A DNA stretch of 64,000 bases, from NCBI GenBank assembly GCA_036785375.1, contig JAWMAR010000361.1:248001-312000 (forward strand), read 5' to 3'. The DNA comes from Leucoraja ocellata. Taxonomy: Eukaryota. The stretch's first letter is position 1, and every line of letters begins with the position of its first letter. A program made the position numbers and the translations under genes. The notes beneath the pieces were generated by a model. That model saw only the letters and a list, made by a program, of their open reading frames with translations, was not told where the DNA came from and searched no databases. This document shows positions 25,366 to 38,055 of the stretch, piece by piece.

Positions 25366-27614
25366 ACGATGGATATTAATAAAGTGGGGTTTTTTTTCCT
25401 TGAAAGAGCATGTTAGCAGAAATTAACTGATACTTTTTCCACACTTTGAAATGTTCCATATTATCCGAAGGAAACCATGGGAGGGTCTTGATTGTGAACA
25501 ACCCAACAGAACTTTGCAAAAGCTGCAGCATATATAAATGAATTGTGTGCACTTGCCTCTCTAGCCTTGAGCCAACACACCTTGTGGCAGTAATAAAGAT
25601 GGAATCCTGCCTTAAACATACATTTAAAACATGCAAATTTGAAAACCTATTTAGATGCATTAAGTCATCACTCTTAGCTGCTATTTGAAATTGTAATTCC
25701 AGTTTTGCCTGCAAGTCTTGGAATTTAAATAATATTGCCTCATTAATCTTAAACCAGGTTACGTTGGAAGTTAATGAAAAAAAGTGAATCAAATGTTCAG
25801 GCTTTTATTTATTTTTTAACCCTTTAGCAGACTGTTTTTAGATCAATTGACAATTAGTATTGAATTTTAGAAAATTAGATCTAACATTGATTATTCAAAC
25901 TGCAACGATTTACAATAAATGTATTACAAATGCGGTAGAAATACTAAATCAAATAGGATAATGGGAGCATTCATGCTCTATGTTTCTTTTCGTGAAAGAT
26001 TAGCACTCAACATCATCACGTATATATTTAATTTCTATCTAATTATTCAATACATCAAATTAACCCATTAAATAAAATCCTTCCCTGTCAGATGTTCCTT
26101 ATGAAGTCAAACTGTTGAGTTGTCAAAAAAAATGAAGTAAATAGAAGGTGCCGTTCCAATCCACAACTTTAATAGTACTTATGGGAGATTAATGAACAAA
26201 TGCCTTCTAGGTATTTACATTATTTGACAGAGGTCTTTTCTGGTTGTGGAATTACATTATCTTTCTGCTGCAGATCTCTTCAGAAATGTTTCTGCTTTAT
26301 AGCAATGCCATAGCGCTGCTACTTGATATTATTTGATCTAAAATAACAGCCTTTTAATGCGCCATGTTGTGAAAGGTAAAGCAATCATCCTGACTTGAAA
26401 CTTCCTGCACAGATTTCCCAACATGAATGTTGACCTGTTTGTAAATTATTTGAAAACTGTGCAAATTAAAATGATATATTTTTGATGAAGTGTAAAGTGT
26501 ATGTACTAGGAAGTAGTCATTATATTTACATTGTAAAGTGGAATCAACCGTGTGCTTTTGCTTCAAAATACTATTTAAAATGCAGATGAATGGTGACTCA
26601 TAAATACCAGCATGGGTCTGTGGACTCAAATTCTCTTTTTTGATACAAATGCAAACATTACTGTCTACTTTTTACTGTAATAACAAAATATACAGATGCC
26701 ACCTGAATGGAAATAACAATGTTATCTTGGCATTCAGCTATATAGTAAATGTACTACTGTAGTAGCATCTCACAAATGTTATTCTTTGTATTAATTTAAG
26801 GTTTAATATTGGAAGATAGCATAATGAAAGTTCCTCATGTACTTTAGTTCCTCAAGGTTTCTCAGGTTCCTTCCTCAAGTACACTATTCCCATAGCTCTG
26901 CGGGAAAAAATGTTTAACCTGAATTATGTGAACTGTGCAAAAATGTACTTAGAAACTGATAGCCAAATTGTAATGTAGCACCACTGCGTCATCAATGAAA
27001 GTGCTGGAATGGCTTGAGAAACACAGAAGCTTTCAGAGGTGCAACATTGCCAAGAACCAAATTAAATGTGGATCAATGAAGTTGATCATTGGCATTGACG
27101 TTTGTGAGCATCACATCATTGGTCCACGCATTTGAGAATTCTGACCGTGAGAACGATAAAATCACAAATATCAAAAATTGGCAACTGCGCACATTTAAAG
27201 TTTGTACATCTGGAGGCAGTGCCAGGGTCTGTATACATTTCAACTCACACACACAAATGTGGTACATTAGGAGGTGCAGAATGATCCTTTTCTATTATTA
27301 AGTGTAACATAAATGGACAATTAAAAAACCCATATCATTTCCCACATGCAATTCAATTAATACTTGGCTTTGTCTTATCTACCTCTTGGCTTCTAATTCA
27401 GATTCTACTATATAGGGGCAGTGCACCAGTTTCAGACTCTAGCTGAGTCGTTCCAGGTCCCGATAAGGTTAATCATCAATGGAAAGCTTATTTAATTGAA
27501 AAACCATCTGAATAATAGACCTCAAAATCATGAATTAAATAACAAACTAAGAAAACATTCTTAATCTTACATTATTTTACTTCAAATAATAAGGAAAGAA
27601 ATCGCACATCTCGA

Positions 27615-27810
27615 AGACGCACATCGGTAGGTTAATTGGCCATTGCAATTTTTCCTAATGTGAAGGTGAGTAATAGAATCAGGGGCAGGCAATGAGAATG
27701 TGTGTGGAATAAAATAGGATTAGTGTCGGATTACTTTACATGGTTAATAGTCGGCATCAACTGGATAGGCTGAAGGGCCTGTTTCCATGCTGTATATCTC
27801 AATGATTATA
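27615..27810 (+). mobile_element. Diverged V-SINE 3' half
   Basis: gtaggttaattggccattg...gggctgaagggcctgtttccatgctgtatatctc. Confidence 0.6.
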
Positions 27811-28520
27811 ATGCAGTGAATTGTCAGCTAACTCTCAAATGCCACAAATGCTCCAAAACTAATATGAATATAGAACATATCCCACAATGTTATTTTGCAA
27901 TCAGTAGAACCCGCATACGACAATTACATTTCCTGTTAATCTATTGAAAAGTCGCACCAGTAAATTTGGCAGCGTATGGATGACAGGAAATTGTTTTTGA
28001 TAGGTTTTATAGTGGACCACAAAGCACATACAGTAATGTCAAGAATCATTCTTTGCATACCTCAATCAGCAACCAATTCAAGCCCTGGTGGTTACTTATC
28101 TCAGTCCACTTGTTCATCACATTATGAAAAGCAAGTGCAGAAAAAACAAGCAGCTTTTGCTCATTAGTTGTCATTGTTGTTTCACTTAATACAGGCTGGA
28201 AATTGAATACAGGTAACAAGCCATACATTTTGTTTTGGTTCTGGATTTAAAGTATGCAGGTACAGGAAGAACGCAGGTTAATTTTATTATATATATTCCT
28301 CTCTTCAAATTAGATGTAAAAAGATTTGCCAAATATAACTTGTTCCATTTTGAATGGGTTTTGGAAATAGTGAATTGCACGTATTCTAATACACCCACAT
28401 TAAGTTCTGCTTGCCGGTATGTCAATGTCAATGTCAAAGGCCTTTTCCAACATAAAAAAGCACCAACAGTTGGTTGATCTACCTGATCTTTCTAAATTTT
28501 TTTTTTAAATGGGTAAGATG

Positions 28521-28676
28521 GAGACACAAGGAAATGCAGATGCTGATTTATTAAAAATAGACTCAAAGTGATAGAGTAACTCAGAGGAAGGGGCCCGGCC
28601 CGAAATGTCACTGAGACCTGTTCTCCAGAGATGCTGCTTGACCCGCTGAGTTACTCCAGCACTTTGTGTCTTTTCT
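28521..28676. mobile_element. Foldback PLE terminal-repeat element
   Basis: Arm agactcaaagtgatagagtaactcag is inverted against ctgagttactccagcactttgtgtct; centre holds the hammerhead remnant ggaaggggcccggcccgaaatgtca. Confidence 0.75.
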
Positions 28677-29463
28677 TTACGGATAAGCTGGATATGTCCA
28701 AACATTAAATCAGAAATAATGGCTTTTCCAAGAATGAAGTTACCTCTAATGTACCTAACAAGTTTTGTATCATTGCTTGCTGGACAAAAATAGCACATCG
28801 TATAACTCTTATTTTCAACTGTGCTATTTATTGAAACTAAAAAAAAAAAAAAAGTCTAAAAGGAATGATTGAGTAGGCCGGGTCTTTGTATTTTTGTTAG
28901 GATCGAGAAGTTAACTGATTGAAACATTCAAAACGATTAGAAGTGTTTAATAGTATAGATTTGGGAAAAATGTGGGGATATAACGAAGGATTTCAGACTG
29001 AAGAGAGGTGATTTTTTTTTCACTTTAAGGGTGGTAAATTAGAAGAAGTCCCTGTAATGGAGGCTCGATCATATATTGTATTTAAAAATGAGATCGATAA
29101 GTCTCTAGATGTTAGAGGAATGGGGTGGAAAGTGATGTTGAGGCTCGGTCACTGTGAATGGCAGTGCAGGCTTGAGGGGACTAATAGCCTTGTCCTATGC
29201 CCATTTTGTGGTTTCTTAAATATATTACCATGAAATGCAAACCTGGTAAAGAACAAGTTAATATTGTAACAGTTCTCTGAACACTTGTACTTCATTTGTC
29301 TCCATCCTCAAATGCTTTTGAGTGTTGTTTTGATTATAAAAGCAATCACGGTTCATTACATTCTGCCACTGCCCAGTACAAGCAGAGATAAGAAAGTTAT
29401 AAGAGATTACCCAATGCAAAATTAAAAGAGACCAGCCCTGCATGTACATTATTTAATATATTA

Positions 29464-30032
29464 AGGGCCTGTCCCACTTAGGCGATTGTTTAGGCGACTG
29501 ATGGCGACTGTCGTAGTCGTAGCAGGTCGCTGAAAAAACGGCAACTGGACCCCCCTACGACAATGTCTATGACAAGTTACAACAACCTACCACCTAGTCG
29601 ACATCAAACTATCGACAACTGGCAACCCATTAGGATGTCCACCCACGACCACATGTATGACCACACAGGCGATAACCTACGCAACCGAAATCAACCTACG
29701 TCCACCACGCGACAAGCTACGACCTACGTCCACCTGCGACAAGCTACGACACGTCCACAACTGAACACAGCTGAAGACAATTCAGTCGCCGGTACCTGTC
29801 GCCGGTTGACATAGGTAGTCACCAATGGAATTTACCAAAGTCAGCACTGGCGACAACCTGTCGCCAAAAAATTTTGAGCATGTTAAAAATCCAGCGGCGA
29901 CCAGAAAGATGCCCCGATTCTGGGTGACTGAGGAGACTGCTCACGACCAGACAGGCGATACCCCGGCAACCATGTGGCAACAGCCTAGTCACCTGCAGTC
30001 GCCTAAAAAATAGCCTAAGTGGGACAGGCCCT
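29464..30032. mobile_element. Complete PIF/Harbinger-type MITE, 569 bp
   Basis: 37-bp TIRs AGGGCCTGTCCCACTTAGGCGATTGTTTAGGCGACTG (2 mismatches); TTA target-site duplication at 29461-29463 and 30033-30035. Confidence 0.92.
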
Positions 30033-30934
30033 TTACTTATTTCTATTGGTAGCTTAATGAAATGCAAATCAGTCCAGCTGCATTTCTGAAAAATACCAAA
30101 AATCTTTAAAAATTAGTTAATTCAGTCCAATTAACATAATCAAAAAGGTTTTTTATATTTTCCTAATTCTACAATAGATCAACAAAAGCTGCCAAACATT
30201 TCAATATTATACTGTAGCCAAAAATCTGCACTTAATTTCATAACTGGTTGAAATTTGGTGTATGGAATACCGCTTACTAATCATATTGGGTTGTGTAATA
30301 ATATAATTTTGGACAAGTGAAAAAACTTCTATTTCAGGAGCAGAGAGATTGGATTAAAATCTTCCATAACATCTTTGGAACCCTGATTGACAGCAGTTAT
30401 TTCATTTTAAAGAGTTATTGTTGACAACTCTACTGTAATCCTAAAAGCTGGCTACAGTCTCATCTAACAGCAGGATCTGGCAGGCATTGAAGGGATAGCC
30501 AAGGTGGGCAGATAGGAATCTGTATGTTGTCTACAACAGACAATACAGAGCGGCAGATACAATTTCCAGCACAATCTTAATTCTACACAAGTGTTATGCT
30601 GAAGATTGTGAAACTTCACAGAAATATTTTTTTTGTAGCATGAAGCAGAAAAAAAAATGTTTAGTGATACAGGACTGTACTGGCAGGGTCTAGAAAATAA
30701 ATTAGTGCGCTAAATGGAAAATGTTGCAAATGGAACAAACGACCTGTGATCACATTAAAAGTAATGGAAAAAAAGGGACTAGAACATGGCAGAATTTCAA
30801 AATGTTCTGCATGTAAATTTATCAAAGAGAGGAACAATAACACATAAAGCAGCCCATGATCGGATTAAAACTCTTCAAACAAGCCACTTACTCCAACCAA
30901 GATGGCAAGTGATTCACGTGGTTCCAGGATAGCA

Positions 30935-31055
30935 CAAACATTTAGAAGGATATGGGCCAAACATGAGCTAACGGAATAGGCTTAGATGGGACATCTTGGT
31001 CGGCATGAAGGAGTTGGGCCGAAGGGCTTCTTACCATGCTATATGGCTCTAAGAC
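30935..31055 (+). mobile_element. CR1/HER1-like LINE 3' tail
   Basis: ggatatgggccaaacatg...ttggtcggcatgaaggagttgggccgaagggc. Confidence 0.65.
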
Positions 31056-32172
31056 TTCCAGAATATCCGCAATGTCTCACTGATAAAAAAACATCAACTT
31101 CCTCGTGAACTCAAGAGAATTGGAAATAGAAACAGAAAGCGTTCAACAGATCAGCCAGCATTTATAGAGAGATGCTGTGTAACCGTTTCAGGTAAATGTC
31201 TTGTCATGAGCTTTTTGATTTTCAGCACGGTTTGGCTTAAGACCGCACAAATTAACAGAAATATCCGGACTAGAAATGAATGCTTCAAGTCCCTCCAGCA
31301 GGAGCATGAGAAGGTCAAAGGCAAGTATGTAATAGTCTGGGGAGCCCACTGATTTGTCCCATCAAGCCCCATCGTCCCCATCCATGAGTCTGCAAATCTC
31401 ACCTTATAACTCAGGGAACTGGAATGGAAGCAAAACATCTTAAATCCAAGGGACTGCTTTAGACAACTGCAAGGTTTTCATAGGTTTTGCTGCATTACAA
31501 CATAATACTCAGTGTAATTAATGAGTCAAGACCCATGCAGGGATATCTTGTGAATTCCACTGAATGAAAGATATGCAATACCTCTCTGCAGTATCTCACA
31601 ACCAGATGTTTAAAGATATAATTCCAAACACTAATGAGGCTACATACTTGGTTTTGTAACAAAGGGAGTATTCTATATTTAATTCTCATTTTTTTTTAAC
31701 AGCTCCCTGTACTTGGGGGGGAAAGGCAACTGAAGACTTGATCATTACAAGTTACCATGTAATGCAAGGAATACGCCACACAACACTGCCCTATAATTTT
31801 TCAGCCTTTTCCTGGGGACGTGCCTCCCCTACTGTTCAAGGCTTCATTGTGTCACAGTAGAAATTAGGAATTCAGTGCGACGGCAGTCTCAGGAATGAAT
31901 TGGAGCACATTGCATCAGAGTGGCAACACTCCGTCAGCAAGTCCTTATATTTATTCAGTGGACATGCAGCATGGTCCTTTCTTTTAAAAGAAAATCTAAT
32001 AAGCCACACCATAAGCTCATGGTGTTTTTCCAGTGGAGACATTTTGAGAAGGGTTTGCCTACATCAGTTCTCATAGTCACCAAGATTGGGGCTGCATTTC
32101 GTGTTTATTTTATCACTCCAGTATGCAAGTTTCTCAGATGTGCATTATAAGCATTCACTTGAGACTTAATAA

Positions 32173-32220
32173 AGGGCCTGTCCCACTTGGCCGTCATTTA
32201 CGCGACAGGTTGGTAGTGGC
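32173..32220 (+). mobile_element. Solo PIF/Harbinger terminus
   Basis: TAA|AGGGCCTGTCCCACTTGGCCGTCATTTACGCG; no partner end seen nearby. Confidence 0.7.
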
Positions 32221-35200
32221 TGACAGTCGTTTTGATGAGAGATTGGCAGGAGAAAGCCCAGCCCCACAATCAGTGAACACTCATCAATTGTTTGGAGCAC
32301 ACAATATTTTTGTTTTAAAGTTATATTTCAACAGACCACATGTGGAATCCCCTGAGTAGAGCATGGTATCGTCAGCGGTTCAAGGTAACAAAGTTTGGTT
32401 GGCAGTACTTTTGGGATGCCCTTCCTGATCTCTACAATGGAAACTCCGGAGATGGTTTGTATGACATGATTAAATGTATTACCTGTTAAGAGTAATAAGA
32501 GTCTGCCACAGTAACATTCATCCCATTTCCAACCCATGGACTTGCAGCTTAAATAATATATTTTGCCTTTTTATTTTGTGAAACCTCACCAAGCATTTAG
32601 AACTTGTGCAAATGTGTTCCTCGCCCCCTCACTAAATTTAAATGTAAAAAAAGTTTAGCTCTATCTCGTTTACATTTATTTTCTCTGATTGTTACTAAAA
32701 TACGTGTTGGTCGTATACTTTTCTCCTTAAATCAATCTTCCTCGATCTAATTAACATACGCTTTCCACAAATCTTGGCTCAGTCCACAAACCCTGGAGGA
32801 AATTCTCAAGCACTCATTTTGTAGCAAACCTTTGCAGCGTAATTACATTCTGAGAGTAATTAAATTGAATGGGTTGGTGCCATTAGATGTGAAGCATTCT
32901 GGAGATTACATAAAAATATGATATATAAAGAAATTATTGTCATCTAGATTTTATTACAGTTGAGAACAATTCCACTTCATCATCTATTATTTCCTTGGCA
33001 AATTAAAACTGACGTTAAGATACCTGGTGAATAAAGTTCTCTCATAGATCTTGCCACTACCATCTTTTCTCCACATTTTGGTTACTCTTTATCCAGGCAA
33101 AACTCCAAGTCAAAATGTTTCCAAGAACAACTTTTTGCTGAAGGCAGAAAATGTAGTCAAACGTATGTAGGGTTCATTTACCAAACACTATTTATCTTTT
33201 TTTTTAAGGCAGTAATAGTTACCATGTCAAGATATCCTCACAGTAGTTCCTTGGCAGTTACATACACACAAAACAAAATGTAACCAGGCAATGTTGGAAG
33301 ATTACAATAAACAATGATGTTGATAAATAATGATTGAAATGACAGAGGTTGACCATACATGAAAAGAATTTCATTCAAAGGACTTTGATTCAATAAGTTC
33401 CTTTACATTCCCAATGGAAACAAATGATGGTGAGTGCTACTCCAGCAAACAGTTTCAGGAATTTGTTTGGACATTACATTTATAATTCACACACCATTGG
33501 TGTTTTTAATGTGGGGAAATAGCAAGCAAACTAGCAGGCCACACAGCCAGAGCATGAGGTGAGCAAACAAATAACTGCAATTGGTCAGTCTGAGCAAACA
33601 ATTTGTGGTACCCAAACTAAAAACCAAATGTTAATATGTTCCCAACTAAAGCAATTATTACAATTAGTCAACAGCAGCCACATGCTTCAAAGCACATTTC
33701 AAAATCATACTCATCTGGATGAGGGAAAGCTTTTAGCATTTTGAGGAACTTCAAAAACAGCAGTGTGATGAAGCCTTGGCCTGTGGATTCAAGGAAACAG
33801 CTCGAATCCTTTGGGCTTTCAAATATGTATTCCAATTCAAATGGGTTGGCCCAGACCATCATATTTTATTAGGGACTTGCCGAACACACACAAACATTTA
33901 TAGGATCACACAATCTACCCTCTGTGTGCCTCCAGGCAAACAGCCAATCAGCTCGGGGGTACCCAAGGCCTAAGCACCTGCTGATTTTTAATCGATAACA
34001 GATGCAATTCTGTTTTTCACATCAGATGTTGAGGAAACAATCTCTTAAAAAAATTTAAATGCTGTGAGAGTCAAAACTGGATGCAAGGAACTAAAGGTCC
34101 GCATGTGCTCCTATATTCATCTCTACCCTTCAAGATAAATAATTCCACTGTGACCAGTCAATAGTACTTTCTCATTGTATAATATGGGAACGTTATTCAA
34201 ATTGTAACAATGGGTGACATTTCCACAATACCCAACTTAAATAGTTAATTTTAGCTTTCAGGTAAGAGTCATTAATATAGTTGTACAATGCAATATAACA
34301 AAAACATTCAGCTGTCATGCTGGAGGTAATGATATGCTGGCTGAATTATTACTGGGAGAAAAGTATTGAAATGTTTAAACAACATCACGTCCCTTCACTG
34401 CCGGTTGTAAATAAGTATCTACCCTGAAGGCTAAGAAAAAACACAAATGACTCGTTTCCAAAGCAAACCTCTGGCTAACTTCTTATATCTGCATTACATC
34501 ACTGGTACTGAAATTGAACTTTAAATATCTATAAAACTACTCATTTCCTGCAGTATTATTCAGAACAATGTTATTCCGAAGTGGGGTGCGGTCTAGTGAT
34601 CTCTGTACACCCCGAATATGTGACCTCAAATGAAAATGTTTTATCAAACATATGCCTCAGTACCTTACCAGGCTGAATGCACGATCATTTATCTGTGAAA
34701 TTCTTCACAGACTTGATCATATTAACAGATCAATTAAAAAATTCTGTAATTTCATTAATCTGGTGACATTAAACAGTTTTTTTTTTACATTTTTTCTAAC
34801 AAATGTAAAATTATTGCCATATGAGCACAATGAATTTCACCGGTATGATTTATTGATTTGTGTATATTTCCTTACACACACAGTCAATGATATAAAGCTT
34901 TTAATTGTGTATTGTAATTGTAATTGTATTGTATATGTGTATTATAATGGACAAATGGGCAGACACACACAACTAACCATGAGAAATTACGGCAAATCTA
35001 ATCAACAAACACAGGAATATACGTGCAAAAATAATCAATTTTATCTGTCACAATCATTAAAAATGAAAACAAAATTCAAATTCTGCCAAACCAAATAATG
35101 TGGCACAGCTGGCAGTTGGATGGGCGTTGGTGAACGTTATTGGTGGCAAAGCAATGGTTGAGGCCTACGTCAAGTACCACCCTTCATTCACATAAGAAAA

Positions 35201-35228
35201 TAAATAAGAGTTTTGCAAAATATAGTTT

Positions 35229-35469
35229 GCCTGTCCCACTTAGGCGACTGTTTAGGCGACTTCCAGGGACTGGTGTTCATGGAATTCGCCTACGACATCT
35301 GACGACAGCACCTACAACAGCCTACGATAACACCTACGTCAACCTACAACAACACCTATGACAGCAAAAAAATTCGCCACTGTTGCCGAAAAATTTTCAA
35401 CATGCTGAAAATGTTGTGGCAGTCGCCTGTAGTCGCCCAAAAAAAAATCGCCTAGGTGGGGCAGGCCCT
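35229..35469. mobile_element. Internally deleted PIF/Harbinger MITE (~240 bp)
   Basis: GCCTGTCCCACTTAGGCGAC...TCGCCTAGGTGGGGCAGGCCCT|TTA; interior related to the 29464 copy. Confidence 0.85.
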
Positions 35470-36277
35470 TTATTCCACCAGAGATAATGAAATAACAACC
35501 ATGCACTTGTTGGTTGAATTGGGGTAGAATATAGTTGGTGTGGAAGGTAGAATTACCCACCAAATACAATTGCAACATATATCATATTGGGCGAGAATTA
35601 TAGCAATCAACCAATTGATCCTTCTGATGTTGATAAATTGTTTTAATTTAAAGGCTGCCAGATAGTCTGTGCAGCTTTCTGATGATGTTGGACTCTTTAA
35701 ACAGAACCAAGATAAGAAATGCTGCTTTATAGAAAACAATGTTGTCTTGAAAGTTTAAATTACTGTCTAAGCTCTGGTACTTTTGAGAGATACAGAGACA
35801 GCAAAAGGGACGTGCTTTGCTAACTTTTGCTTTCTACCTTCAAAATAGATTCCTAATTAATGAAGTTGGAAAGGAAAGTAATTCCAGTATATTTGTTTTC
35901 TTCATTAAAACAAATGGCTGCAGGCTAATTAAAAAATGCTGACAGCTTCTGAGACACTCACACTGCAAATCTTAGTCAAGCAGTAACATAAATTTACAAC
36001 AGAATTTCCAAACTGGTGCTCGTTAACACTTCAAGGACATGAACTTTAATTACAGCAGCAAATAATCGCTTTTATGACAAGCATCGCCAAGTTTATTTAA
36101 CAATGATAACATCAAAGTCAGGAAAGATTAATGCCTAAATTCTTGTAGAAAAAGACTTCTAAGATTACAGTCCAAGGGTAAAAATAACATCCACTCACAC
36201 TATTTCTTCTGGTCGTACTTATAGTTTGGATGTCTAAATAAAACGTGACTGCTCTCATCAGCCATATCATTCCGATG

Positions 36278-36590
36278 TTTAGAGATACAGCATGGAAACA
36301 GGCCCTTCGGCCCACAGCCCACATCGGCCATTGATCATCCATTCACACTAATACTATTTTATTCCACCTTCTTATTTACTCCCGACACATTAGGGGCAAT
36401 TTTACAGAAGACAATTAACCTACAAACCTGCATGTTTTTGGGATGCAGAAGGAACCCGGAGCATCGGAGGAAACCCACATAGTCACAGAACGAATATGTA
36501 AACTCCACACAGCAAACACCCGAAGTCAGGATTGAACCTGGGTTTCTTGCGCTGTGAGGCAGCAGCTCTATCAGTTGCTCCACTGTGCCA
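36278..36590 (-). mobile_element. HE1-like V-SINE, near full length
   Basis: tttagagatacagcatggaaacaggcccttcggccc...gtcaggattgaacctgggtttcttgcgctgtgaggcagcagctcta. Confidence 0.85.
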
Positions 36591-37349
36591 ATCCTGCTTA
36601 AAGTACTTGCTTGGGTTAAACCATCTTCCATGATGTAAAACAATTCCAATTGTAAAGATACATTTTTCGTATAAATTGTTCATTGCATTGCATCAAAATC
36701 ACTTTATCATAGAATATTACCTAGTTAAGGATTTAATATGAATTCACAAAGCTTGTTATTTCATACTACTGGAATAAAAAACACTGCAAGTATCACTCAG
36801 CCCTGCTGGTTAATAGGGTGGACATGCTTCATAATTTATGTTTATGCAGAATGATTGCTATAATAGTGTTGGGCAGACACCTACTGTCAACATAATATTG
36901 TCGGATGCGTCATCAATATTATCCAAGTACCACACTGAGCTGAACAGAACAGTAGCCTTGCATCTATTTTCCAATGTCCATAAAAGTCAAAATATATTCC
37001 TGCTGTTAAATTAATTGCAAAATAATTGGAGTAAATCAAACACACATAAAAAGGGCAGCCTGTTCACCATCCATAAAGGAGGGGGGAAAATGATCTGAAA
37101 AGTGCCAACAGGTGTTAGCACTAAAATATGAGCCTAGTCCTTTTATTTTCTCTGATTTTCAAACATCTGGATATATATCTCCAGCTGGACATTCTTATAC
37201 AGTGTGAGATTATAATAATAAATAATAATGGCTGCTGCTGGTACTTGGGTATGGCCATTTCGACACTGGCATTCAGTTTCCACATGTAGGGCTCAGGTAA
37301 CATGCAAGGGAAAGTTGGTGTCCATGTAACCAACCAACAGGTCATACTG

Positions 37350-37553
37350 CAGAACCAAGGAACGACAGATGTTGGTTTACACAAAAGGACACAAAGTGCT
37401 TGTTTAACTCACCGTGTCAGGCAGCATCCCTGGAGAACATGGATAGGTGATGTTGTGGGTCAGGATACTTCTTCAGACTGAACCGAAACATGACCTATCC
37501 ATGTTCTCCTGAGATGCTGCCTGATCCATTGAATTACACCAGCACTTTGTTCC
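37350..37553. mobile_element. Foldback PLE terminal-repeat element
   Basis: acaaagtgct...ggcagcatccctggagaacatggataggt is inverted against acctatccatgttctcctgagatgctgcc...agcactttgt, around cttcagactgaaccgaaac. Confidence 0.8.
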
Positions 37554-37919
37554 ATTGTTTGTTCCATTTCCTTCACGGAGGAGTGCCAGGTTTATCAATG
37601 GTCATATATTCCCATCCACGTTGCCCGTGTGGTGATTGATCAGCCCTTGGTGAGTTTGGGATGGGCACCCTGCCTACTGATTTTCTTGAATTCACTGTGT
37701 GAAACTCTTTAAAGCAATGTATTGTTGAATATTTGTATGATGTTGTTTGCCCACGTCAGGTATATTAGCGTGTTCAGCATACATGCATTGAGATGACCAT
37801 TGGCCTCATGAAATACTGATAAGCTATTCACCAAATTTTCCATATTCCAGGCCACAAAATATAAGCTCCATTTTGATTAGGTTTTATAGTGCAACAAAAT
37901 GGGATCCCAACATGCCCGT

Positions 37920-38055
37920 TTGATTAGTGCGGGTGTCAGGGGTTATGGGGAGAATGGGACTAGGAGGGAGAGATAGATCAGTCATGATTGAATGGCGGAG
38001 TAGGCTTGATGGGCTGAATGGCCTAATTCTGTTGCTATCACTTATGACCTTATGA
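37920..38055 (+). mobile_element. CR1/HER1-like LINE 3' tail
   Basis: gattagtgcgggtgtcaggggttatggggag...gggctgaatggcctaattctg; same family as 45030. Confidence 0.7.

Noticed and set aside
34579-34612. GGGGTG...CACCCC short inverted repeat
   Set aside because: A 6-bp stem with no supporting structure or second copy; compatible with chance.
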